From Lingula anatina (lineage: Eukaryota > Animalia > Brachiopoda), in assembly GCA_051362555.1 (NCBI GenBank), contig CM120641.1, forward strand, positions 248,001 through 312,000: DNA of 64,000 bases, in the 5' to 3' direction. A program made the position numbers and the translations under genes. The notes below the pieces were generated by a model. That model made no database searches. It worked only from the letters and a program-made list of their open reading frames with translations, and was not told where the DNA came from. This document shows positions 32,601 to 43,700 of this stretch, one piece after another (position 1 is the stretch's first letter; every line of letters starts with the position of its first letter).

Positions 32601-35600
32601 ACACAGCGAAACTTGTCAGACATGTAAGTGCCTCCTGTCCATCTTTTCGGTACATGTACCGATCAAAAACAGAAAACGTAAAGCCCAAAACGCTCTTATA
32701 CACGTAACCAACTTTGTGTGAGCACAAATATTGTCATTTATTGTGAACAGGATAATATGATAATCAGACACACTTGAGACCTGTGAAGCGCATACTCACG
32801 TGTCGAGGAGTAGTTTCGCCATTGCCTCGTATGTGAATCCTAACTCAGCTTTAAGTGTCCTCCACCGCCCCACCTCCCTCCCAACATACACAGTCTGAGT
32901 GCTTCTTCGTCTGTCTCTAATTTTCCTTCGTATCTTTCGAACTGGAGTGGCTATTTTCTTTCGTCCCCTCTGGTCGCTCTCCTCTTCAAACTTGATGCGC
33001 GTCTGAGCCATGTTTGCTGTTTTGGCGCCAAATAGTAACATCCGGGTCTCAGCCGTAGTACTTCATTCATAGTAAACCGCGAGACTTAGCGAGAAATTGC
33101 GCGTTCTGAAGCCGTACTGTGAGGTGGTAGCTGAGTATTTAAGACGAGTCGTCTTTTATTATTTAATGGAACTTAAAAACGGTATTAGGTAGCTTCATTT
33201 TCTGAACGGTTTTGGATAGGATATACCTTGGTCATTATGGGGAAATTGGTGAGATTTCCAGGAAAATTCATTTTCGTGCTATTTTAAAGCAATAATAACT
33301 CTTCATTTCGGCCAAAAAATGAATTTTCCTGGACTAAACAACAATTTTCCCATACTTACCAATGGTTAATGAATCCATTTTTACATTCAAAGTTAGTCCC
33401 TGTTTTTTTTCTAAAAAGTTTGGTTTTTTGTTAAAATCTCTTAAGAGATTTTAACAGAGTATAGACATCAATGGAGGTCACGTGGTCTAAAGACAAGTTC
33501 AAATATCAGAATAAAAGCTATAACTGCTGTTTTTGTGGTAAAACAGAATATATTATATTTCTATGAGTTATTCACAAGGTTTTTATTGTGAAATATAGGT
33601 CTCATACGAAGAGTTATTATCCCTTTAAGGGTTTAACGCACTGAGACTGTCTTTAATGATTCATTTCTGCACGGGGACCAAAATTTTGTTTTGTTATGTA
33701 AGTTGAATGCGTTCTGATTCAAGGTGACAATAATTACTGCCGTTACCTCCAAATCCACCAGTAGGACTTTGACATTTCCCTAAAAAATTAGCAATCCTAA
33801 AATGAGAAAAAATTGCTATAATTAAAATCATTGATTTTTGCAAAACAATTTGTCAATAGTTGTGAAAAGAAAAATCAATCTATCTAGTCAAAAAAAATCT
33901 ACATATTTGACATTACCCCATTAAACATCAAATACAGTTACTTTATGAGATCACTTACTTTAAAGCTTTATCATCAGATATAACTACACCCAGTAGGTCT
34001 AAGCTGTGAAGTATCCAGTAACTTACTTTAAAGCTTTATCATCAGATATAACTACACCCAGTAGGTCTAAGCTGTGAAGTATCCAGTAACTTACTTTAAA
34101 GCTTTATCATCAGATATAACTACACCCAGTAGGTCTAAGCTGTGAAGTATCCAGTAACAGAGCCAGGGACGACTTGCGTCTAAACACTGACAAAAAAAAT
34201 AAATAAAAATAAAAATAAAAACTTGATTACTGCAACTCTACACAGCTTTGCCACAACAAATTTCTTTTTAAACATGCAGATACAGGCTCTGACCTTGACT
34301 AAAAGGGAAGAAAGAGATGGATGATGTTATATATTGAGGCTGCCTACTTTTGATATCCTCATATTTATTTCTGATTTAATCTGTGTGTCAAAAATGAAAG
34401 GATGTGTGTTGGCTGTTATCTTTCATGGATAACAAAATAAAACATATTAAAATTATTCCTTGCAAAATACCATTTAACTATGTTAAGGCCCATATCAACA
34501 TAGACTGACGTCAATATCTAGCTGAAAGTATACAATATTTTAAAAAAAACTTTGTATATTGTACTGTACAGAAATAAATATTACCCTAAAAGTAATATTA
34601 ATTAAAGAAAAATAAATGCTTACTTCATATGATTCTGATAAACTTTCTAAGCCTTTCATTAAAAATTTGACATGCATGTCTTTTTGTAAGACTGGCTGCC
34701 TGAAAAGAAAAAAACAATAAAATGCATTCATATGGTTATTTTATTGTGTTTAATTCTCATTTCCTCTCAACCTTTTTTTTTTCAAACAAACCTTGCTACT
34801 TGTCTCATTTTGTAATAAATATTAATTCTAATTTATGTCAGACATTTTTGTTACTTATGCTATTTTCACTTTTTTTGGAAAAAGCTAACAGAACTATTTA
34901 TGACAAAATCATTATATGAAGATTCAATTGATACATTCATGACTGTACAAAGTTGACAGTTTCACTAACAGGCCTGTAGCCAGGGGGGGTTCGGGGGGGT
35001 TCGAAAGAACCGCCCCTTTTGCTGAGAAAGGTCCACTCTGGGTAAAATTTGATCTAGGTACATGAGGAGGTTTTTATGGGAAAAGGTCCACTTTTTCAGA
35101 AAAAGAACCCCCCTTTTGTAATTGCTGGCTACTGGCCTGACAAATGTTATTCATGTACATCATTTAGGAAGAAAGAAAAAATATTTTTATGATAGACATG
35201 TTAAAACCTTACTCTGGATATGATTCAGCAATGTTTTTAAACCTCTTAAAGCATTTAGCAACATCTTCTTCTACTTGGCACTGGAAGAAATGAAAGATAT
35301 AATGTTGAAGATCCAGTTAATGATAATGGATTACTTACAGTGACATTTTGAAGCGAAAAAGTCCACCTATTTGGACTGATAATTACATGTAATGTAAGTA
35401 AAGCTTAACTTTGGGAAAAATGTTAAATGGATGGTGTGTGCGTGTGTGCGTGTGTGTGCTTGTATGTGTGCTTGTTTGTGTGCAAATGCTTTATTTGTAG
35501 CCTAATTAGTATAAAGACTACTGTAGTAGTTTTTATAATAATAGTTTTTTCTAGTAGTTTTATAATAAGCAGTTTCAAGTTACTACGCACTACACAAATA

Positions 35601-35725
35601 AAGAGTCTATTTTCAATGGTTTAGATTACCTGTTCCTCCGAAGACAAAGTAGCGTTATTATCATTACTATATCGCTCCTTTTCAAAGTTGTCCCGCATAA
35701 ATCGTAAATTGTTTGTTTCAGCCAT
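24807..35725 (-). CDS. FNTB: Protein farnesyltransferase beta subunit, spliced (an in-frame upstream ATG exists at 35824)
   Basis: Exons 35630-35725, 35213-35280, 34624-34699, 34095-34186 (CLDASRPWLCYWILHSL), 33747-33796, 29471-29573 (PHLAPTYAAVN), 29217-29300 (GGEVDIR), ~28736-28822, ~28293-28422 (EAHGGYSFCG), 27502-27634 (RTNKLVDGCYSFWQ), ~26859-26899, ~26545-26615 (GGLLDKPG), ~25240-25357 (DYYHSCYCLSGLS) and 24807-24905. Confidence 0.96.
25752..26520. repeat. 32-bp minisatellite, ~24 near-identical copies, in an FNTB intron
   Basis: Unit tcaattagtactgagatcaactattctgaatg with a recurrent tactgag/tactcag variant. Confidence 0.95.
27127..27554 (-). repeat. 71-bp tandem repeat (6 copies) spanning an FNTB exon end and donor
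   Basis: GTATGT donors follow 27502, 27431, 27360, 27289, 27218 and 27147; each unit is ~52 nt exon plus ~19 nt intron. Confidence 0.95.
28048..28301 (-). repeat. 42-bp tandem repeat (6 copies) spanning an FNTB exon end and donor
   Basis: tctttgttg|GTATGT recurs every 42 bp, with donors at 28292, 28250, 28208, 28166, 28124 and 28082. Confidence 0.93.
29727..32204 (+). mobile_element. Degenerate Kolobok-like DNA transposon with a THAP-like relic, in an FNTB intron
   Basis: TTAA|AGG...CCT|TTAA ends with a weak TIR; subterminal inverted repeat at 29911-29934 / 32012-32035; MPRCVAVG at 30028 with downstream HF and AIP remnants resembling a decayed THAP domain. Confidence 0.55.
32321..33652 (-). 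mobile_element. TTAA-targeting DNA transposon (Kolobok- or piggyBac-type termini) carrying a short exon-like ORF
   Basis: TIR agacagtctcagtgggttaga / tttaacgcactgagactgtct (19/21 match) with TTAA on both sides; contains ORF 32796-33041, which ends at a GTGAGT donor. Confidence 0.8.
33954..34158 (-). repeat. 68-bp tandem repeat (3 identical copies) spanning an FNTB exon end and donor
   Basis: GTAAGT donors follow 34095, 34027 and 33959. Confidence 0.95.
34969..35139. mobile_element. Short MITE with CAGGCC-GTAGCCAG termini
   Basis: caggcctgtagccag...ctggctactggcctg; inverted relative at 40666-40817. Confidence 0.7.
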
Positions 35726-37784
35726 CCTAAGGCATGCAGCCACAAATGTGTTGTATAGTGCCAAATCCAAGTTGAAGTCATACTCCAAGAGGCCGCTAGG
35801 CGTCTCACGAGTCAGAAGTGCCATTTCAGGCCAGCGATAGGCAAACTAGCCAGTAACATCAGATTCTAGCATTGCTTTATAAATCTGGTAGAAGACGGGT
35901 CATTGTCATCCGTATATTTAATACTTAATACACATTGAATACATTGTTTTCTTTCTTCTTGTTGGAGAGGGATTTATTTATTTATTTATTATTTTTTTTG
36001 GAGGGGGGGGGGGGGAGGGGGGCTATAGCTGGGGTCAATGGTAACCAAACCTGGATCTTTAGTGTAAAACTTCACTTTATCTCTTATACTCTTATAGAAA
36101 ATACAGTCAATGCCATACTTCACATGTTGTAAAATGGGGAATGAAACTTTAATAAAATAAAATATATGTCTGCATTTTTAATTTTTCAAATATCATGCAT
36201 TGGTTTATTGAAAAAGGAAGACAGTTAAAGATACACAATGAGCAGGTCAGTGCTTGCTTTAAGACAGAGTATGTACCCATCAAGTGTCTGCATAGGAATG
36301 GGTTATAACTTTTCAAAAATAGATTTAAGGCTAAATTTCATGACATCACAGTTTACTTTTTTCATTTAACTTAAAATCTTTCGAATGAAGGTTTTATCTT
36401 GTTACATTTGAAGTACACAAAGACATTATTAAAATTGTCAAATGAATAAATGCACCTTTTATTCATAATTCTTTAGGCAATGAAGATAAAAGTGTAAAAA
36501 GTACATTGCAGAATGCATAGTTAATCCACCAATATTCAATTGACTTGTATATCCAAAAACATGAACCATTAATGTACAGATATATAAAACCCAATCAACA
36601 GATGTCTTAAATGACCACAACATGATCCAACAATATAACATTAACCATATAATTAACAACCAGTAACAATTATTACACCATAAAATTCCATTTGAATTTT
36701 TACATAATTACCAAACCTGCATGTGTATCAAGTAATGAAAAGAAAAACAAAACACTGGTCTTTTAATTTGTTCCTGAACACCTGAAGAATAAAAGCATTA
36801 CATTAACTATGAGGTTCAATGCAGTAAAACATAAAAGAATCATAAAATATTTCGTCCACTATTTATTTCAGGGAAGAGACCAGTCCTCACAGAAAAAGTA
36901 GGAAAATTGGCCTGGGGTCCAGGGTACAGGATTCACAAGAATGACCCAAATGACCCTGAAAAAGTCGGGAAAGTCTCATCAGTGTTATTTCATTGCCTTC
37001 TTAGAAAAGTTCATTTTCAAGCATAAACTTCTACGTACGGAGTGTGTACACACGCACACACGCACACACTCAGATATCAACAAGACATGCCAAGTGTCCA
37101 AATTATTGTCTATTGCACAAAATCACAATACATTGTAGGATAAAGAGTAGCAAATTCCAGGGTAAGATTTTTTATACTGTAGTCCAAAGTCCTTCATATC
37201 TGTCCTTTAATAAATACTTTAACCCAAATTAATTAGCATCACAGTGTCAAGGTTAATAACAACTAGCAGCTCATTTCATTTCCCTTAATTGGTAAACAAA
37301 TGCTTTTCTTTGAACCATGGGTGAAGTTTGTGAAAAATAAAAATCCTGAAAATGTAGCTTGCAATTCCTCATCACATTTAGACCATAGGAATAAATATAA
37401 ATCCATCTTTGCTGAAACTTAAATTATATCTTAAACTAGTAAATGCTTTACCATACATGATTATCAATCACAGAATTATATTTAACTGTGTATTTTAATT
37501 TCATACTTTATGTATCAATCAGAGTACAAATGTCAATAAAATGACATTTTCAACTAACAACTATATGATTCCATTGTATTTAAAAAAATTTTTGACAGCA
37601 AACTAGCCTAAGAGACTCCTGTCAATTCATGCACACATATATGATCAAAATAAAGACTGAAAATTCTGAAATCAGGGATATTCCTGAAAGCTTTCAACCG
37701 TGTTGAACTAAATGCTATAATAAAGGGAATCTCTGTTCTACTGGCAGTGTGTTGTGTTTTTAATATCCTGCTAGCATCAATTCT

Positions 37785-40700
37785 CTAAGACCCAAGGACT
37801 GGATGATTGTCTAAGATGACAACACTGTTTGGTTTATGGAGCTCAAAGACCAAAATCTACAAGTATGCAAAGAAAAAAGTTTTTCAAAACATATACATCA
37901 AATGTTACATCTGTTTCATTTTTCTTCAATTTCATGTCATTGTGCAGTGTTCTGTTTTCTTTTAAACTTAAAATTCATATACAGGGTGCAATATGGTCGT
38001 TTGTTTGGCACCTCACTTTTCAAAACTTAAAGATTACTACAAAATAGCTAAAGAAATAAATTGATTGAAAAGAAGTTAAATGCCTTGACAGACTGCCCAA
38101 AAAGCACATGTATTTTAATACATTTTTATTAAAATTCTTTTTAATGTCACATCCTTTTGGAGTGTATATTTGTTTCCTATCTAAACCTACCTCATTGTCT
38201 CCCTTCTTGAGCAGTGGTCCAGGCAGGTAGAGGGTCCCCTGGGGTCCTTTCTCCCAATACCTGCCCAGGTTAAACCCATTCACAAATACCACACCTTTCT
38301 TCCACGCCTGACATGAACAATGGGTAGAACAGTTTCATTAGTAATGATATTGCAATAGACCTGTGAAAATTATTTTGTCTATAGCTACTTATATTCGTCT
38401 GGTCTTACCAGCCAATATCAGACTTCATCAGGGAATGATGGCAGGTAAGACCAGACAATTATAAGTAGCTATAGACAAAAGAATCTTCACAAGTCTGACA
38501 TGAACAAATCTTTATTGATCTCACAAGTTGAGAGAAATAAAGAACATGGATATCTGACCAAGTCAATTATTTGATAAATGGGTGAATAAGGTAGTTTGTT
38601 TATCATAACACTATGGGTAAATCTTAGAAATTAATAAAACAAGGTAAATATAATCTTAACACAGTATCATAATTAACTGCTAGAAGGAAGAATATCATCA
38701 CAATCTGTAGCAATACTATTTGTTGTTGCTGTAAATATTAACAATATAAATAGTTTACTGACCACCATATTTATGTATGTGTCTCTGGCTGATTCTTCAT
38801 GGATAAAGAAAGTACCCCTGAATATTGCCGGTCCCTGGAATTCCCTGTCAAATTTTGTCCATTTGGGGGAAGATGCAATACTGAAAAATATATTAAATCT
38901 TTTCACTGAATGGCCACATTAGCATTCTGTTACAGTGTACTAAGATTAATATTATTAGCTAGCACCCTGACAATAGAGTTAGATCCGAGGAAATGACAAT
39001 TAAAAACTGTAACCTACTTTCTCAAAAATTTTTTCTTGAACTCCAGAGGATAAATGGACCATCCCTCTAGTTTGGTATCCCCTAAGTTTACTGGTTCTAC
39101 CAGACCTGGATTAATAGAAATCATAATATATAGACCCAAGGTTACTGGTTCTACCAGACCTGGATTAATAGAAATCATAATATATAGCCCAAATGTTACT
39201 GGCTCTACCAGACCTGGATTAATAGAAATCATAACATATAGCCCTCAAGTTACTGGCTCTACCAGACCTGGATTAATAGAGATCATAATATATAGCCCTA
39301 AGGTTACTGGCTCTACCAGACCTGGATTAAAAGAAATCATAATATATATAGCCCTCTAGTTACTGGCTCTACCAGACCTGGATTAATAGAGATCATAATA
39401 TATAGCCCTAAGGTTACTGGCTCTACCAGACCTGGATTAATAGAAATCATAATATATAGCCCTAAGGTTACTGGCTCTACCAGACCTGGATTAATAGAAA
39501 TCATAATATATAGCCCTAAGGTTACTGGCTCTACCAGACCTGGATTAATAGAAATCATAATATATAGCCCTAAGGTTACTGGCTCTACCAGACCTGGATT
39601 ATTAGAAATCATAATATATAGCCCTAAGGTTACTGGCTCTACCAGACCTGGATTTATAGAAATCATAATATATAGCCCTAAGGTTACTGGCTCTACCAGA
39701 CCTGGATTAATAGAAGTAATAAATTGAATGGAAAGCTCTTCTTAAAGACAATGTCAAAAAGTCATGTTTAAGATAAACACATCTCGCCAAACATACATAA
39801 GGAACTTCTTTTTAATTTTTTTGCATTTCACTTTAACACACTGACTATTTCAGTGGCATGAGGTTTAATCATATCTTTTACAATATTTTGATGATAAAAA
39901 AAACTATGATCTACAATTTACATAATAATTCTCTATGACATCATGTCAAATAAAATGTACAATTTCATCACCATATACCTTTTCTCTGATCATCCAGCAC
40001 CCCTGATTTACCATCAGCATAGTTCACTCTCCCAAGATTTTCAACCAAAATGTCCAACATGCCCATCTGAGAAATGGGAAAAACATAAGAACTGCAGCAC
40101 AGATAAGTTTTCTTGTAGGTCAACAATATTTCCACACGTAAATTGTGAAAAAAATAAACTGAATTTTATTATTCTCACAATAATTTTATTATGTACTATC
40201 CTTCTAAACCAAAGGTACATTTATAAAATTGTAAAAGTATTTAACTGAACAAATTAGGATAATAAATACACGGATCAGTAATATGTCCCACCTTGGATAC
40301 TTTCACTTCTACTATCTGGTCTGGCTTGTAACAATCTATAACACCCTCCTCATTCCCATCAAAAAGTACCTTTAAATAGAAACATTAACAATGTACATTT
40401 GAGGATATTAATTTCAAACATATATATATATATGGTTTTTCATGTCTGTGAAAAAAAAACCTTAAATAGAAAATTTTACTTTGCACATATAAGGAAATTA
40501 ATTTGAGAAATTACATAGTTCAAAGATAAACATAGCATAATGATATGACCTTATCAGTTAGTAGTGCAGATTTTTTTACACTTTACAGTATAGAGACAAA
40601 GATATTATCCATCCATTGTTTTGGCCAATGCAATAATCTATTTCAATTTATTCATGGTATAAAGCCAGGCCCATAGCTAGCAATTACAAAAGGGGGTTTC

Positions 40701-43700
40701 TTTTTCTGAAAATGTGGACCTTTTGTCATAAAACCTTAATTTTCCTAAATCAAATTTTCCCAGAGTAGACATTAACCTTGAACCCCCCCCCCCCCCCCCC
40801 CCCCAGCTACAGGGCTGTCAGCTGTCCAATAAATTGGTCATCAATGCCACTGACCACTGCTCTATCCCTGACATGACCAGTGATCTTCAAGGTGCCTCCA
40901 CTGGTCACACTCTTCCTATACAGTATAAAGCCATAGCCCTGTCCTCCACCATTGTTAATATCCAAGAACTCCATGGGGATCACTTCTTTGGAATGGACAG
41001 ACTACCAATGGGAAAAATGGAAAGTAGGCTTATCAAATGCTCTGATTGCTAGATGATATATATAACATAAACAAGGCAGCAAAGCTGTCAAATGTACAGA
41101 CAAAAAGCAGGAAATAACAAAATAGGCTACTGTCAATTCTGATGCAAAAGTACATTATGTTAAACTGCAAATTCAACATCAAATTTTAATTATGCTCAAC
41201 AGGTAATACCAATGTAAGTAAAATGTGTAACAAGCATAAGGCTTCAGGCCTGTGGGAGTTCAAGTTCACACTTTGAAAATGTAAAACTTCCAGAAAAAGA
41301 AGTCAATTAGACTGCTTTTCCAACTCAGGCTGCATTTTAGTCCTGTATTTCTTTTTTGAAAGTTTGGCAATCATAAGTAACATGGTTTTCCCATAATGGT
41401 CATCATGGCAGCAGCACCCAAAATTGTGTTTTCTTCTATTCTGATGCAATATTAAATAATGGTTAACAGCATAATGACAATCAATTTTTAATAACAAAAT
41501 ATACGTATCATGGATTTTCAGAAAATGTGACTAGCATGGGTCTTCAAGCCTGATGAACTTCAAAGTCACACCTTGAAAATGCCAATATGTGAAAAATTAA
41601 ATTTTCACAAAAAAACTGTTTAACTGGCAGATTGCATTGCCTACTGAAGCTATATTTTAGTCCCATATTTCTTTGTAAGTTTGAGAACAGTAAGTAACAT
41701 GGTTTTTCTTAAATGGTCATCATGGGAGCAGTGCCCAAAATAGGTTTTTTTTCAAATTTTGATGCAATATTACATAATGTTTAACAGCATAATGACCATC
41801 AATTTTTAATAATAAAATATTAGTATCATGGATATTCAGAAAATGTGACTAGCAAAGGTCTTCAGGCCCATGGAAATTCAAAGTCACATCTTGAAAATGC
41901 CAAAATGTAGACAAGACAGCACTGTCCTAAAATGTTTTTTTTCATTTTTAACAATTTTTTAACATATAACAAAATTAACACTTTACTGTCATTTTTATAT
42001 GATCAACTAAGAAAATTGATGAGATGGGAAAAATATCAATAGAACAGTGTTTAATGTCCAATTTCCTCCATTCTATGTTTCTGAACATAGTGAATGAATG
42101 AATCTTACAAACTACAATGATATGAGTTTATTTCCATTTTTGAAACTCTATTATACAATACATGATAACAAGTTTACCATCATTTTTACACAATCAACTA
42201 ACAATGTTGTACAGATGCAGGAAATGTGAAACAAACACCTTTACGTATCTTATTAGTTAAATAATGAGACTGTTAACATGCCTAAGAATTGAATCTGAGG
42301 AAATGTGAAAAAACAGCATAACTTCTAAAATAATGGCCCGACATCTGTGTCTGTACATAAAAAAACTGGAAAATAGTTTACTTTATTTAAGATAGATGTC
42401 ACTCTGGAACAATACAAGATCATTTTAAAAGAACAAATGTGCAATAAACATAGATTACTTCGATTATATCTGCAATTAGTGAATATTATGATCTCTTTAA
42501 TATCAAAGAGTAAAATGATAAATCAATTACCACAATATTTCTTCTTATATTCATAATCAGTTAAAGAGACAATAAGAAAATCTTACAGCATCTCACCTCT
42601 ACATATGTCAACATAGAATCCAACGGCATATACCTGGTCATCTTCACTGTGCCTGTAGAAAATATCACACAGAGAGAGTGATAAAATATAACATAGAATC
42701 CAACATCATGTACCTGGTCATCTTCACTGTGCCTGTAGAAAATATCACACAGAGAGAGTGATAAAATATAACATAGAATCCAACATCATGAACCTGGTCA
42801 TCTTCACTGTGCCTGTAGAAAATATCACACAGAGAGAGTGATAAAATATAACATAGAATCCAACATCATGAACCTGGTCATTTATATTGTGCCTGTAGAA
42901 AATATCACACAGACATTGTTATACCAATTAACACTTAAACATATAAACACATAAGACTAAGAACACAAGTTTTTTTTCACTTATGTATCATGCAGTACAA
43001 ACAGCCTTATTTGTATAAAAATTGTAAAAGATGTGTCTGCATGCACAATGATCAGAGGTAGCATTAAAAAATTCTGATGCACATCTGTATAAATTTGATG
43101 TATCTAGAGATTTAAATTTAAATTTAAAAAGTTTAACATAGTTACCATATCCCATGGTCCCCAAGTGAGCAGAAGATGGCAGCTCAGGTAGAGGATGGGG
43201 TACTGGAAGTATAGGACATGGATTCATTTAATGGCAGATTCTGAACTTCTACAAACATCTGAAAACCTCAGTGATGAAGTAAGTCTCAATGAAATGGTAA
43301 ATTGCACTTAAACTTGTTAAAGTTGTTACTGTCAGAGTAAAAAATGTATGAGTCACTGAGAGAATTGCTTTTCTGACTAAATAATGTAACTTTTAAAATT
43401 CACTGTGTTTTAGTAAACCACAATAACTACAGAGGGCAGGCAAGGTGTTCTCACTTTCACTTGGGATCATCTCTTCAAATATTTCTTTGATCTTTGCATA
43501 TTTGTTGGTCAAACCTCCTCGCTCATTTAGTGGAGCATCATAGTCTGGAAGAAAACATTTGAAACATTTTCCATTTGGATGTTTTTTGTTGTTGTTATTG
43601 TTGTTGTTTATCATCAGATTAAATCTGCAAAGTTACAAACAACTAAATAAAATTGGACTGTACTTTTTATGATAATTTCTTAAGTATCTAATAGGACACT

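Noticed and set aside
39054-39666. Repeat-protein ORFs on both strands
   Set aside because: By-products of the 54-bp acceptor array, not independent genes.
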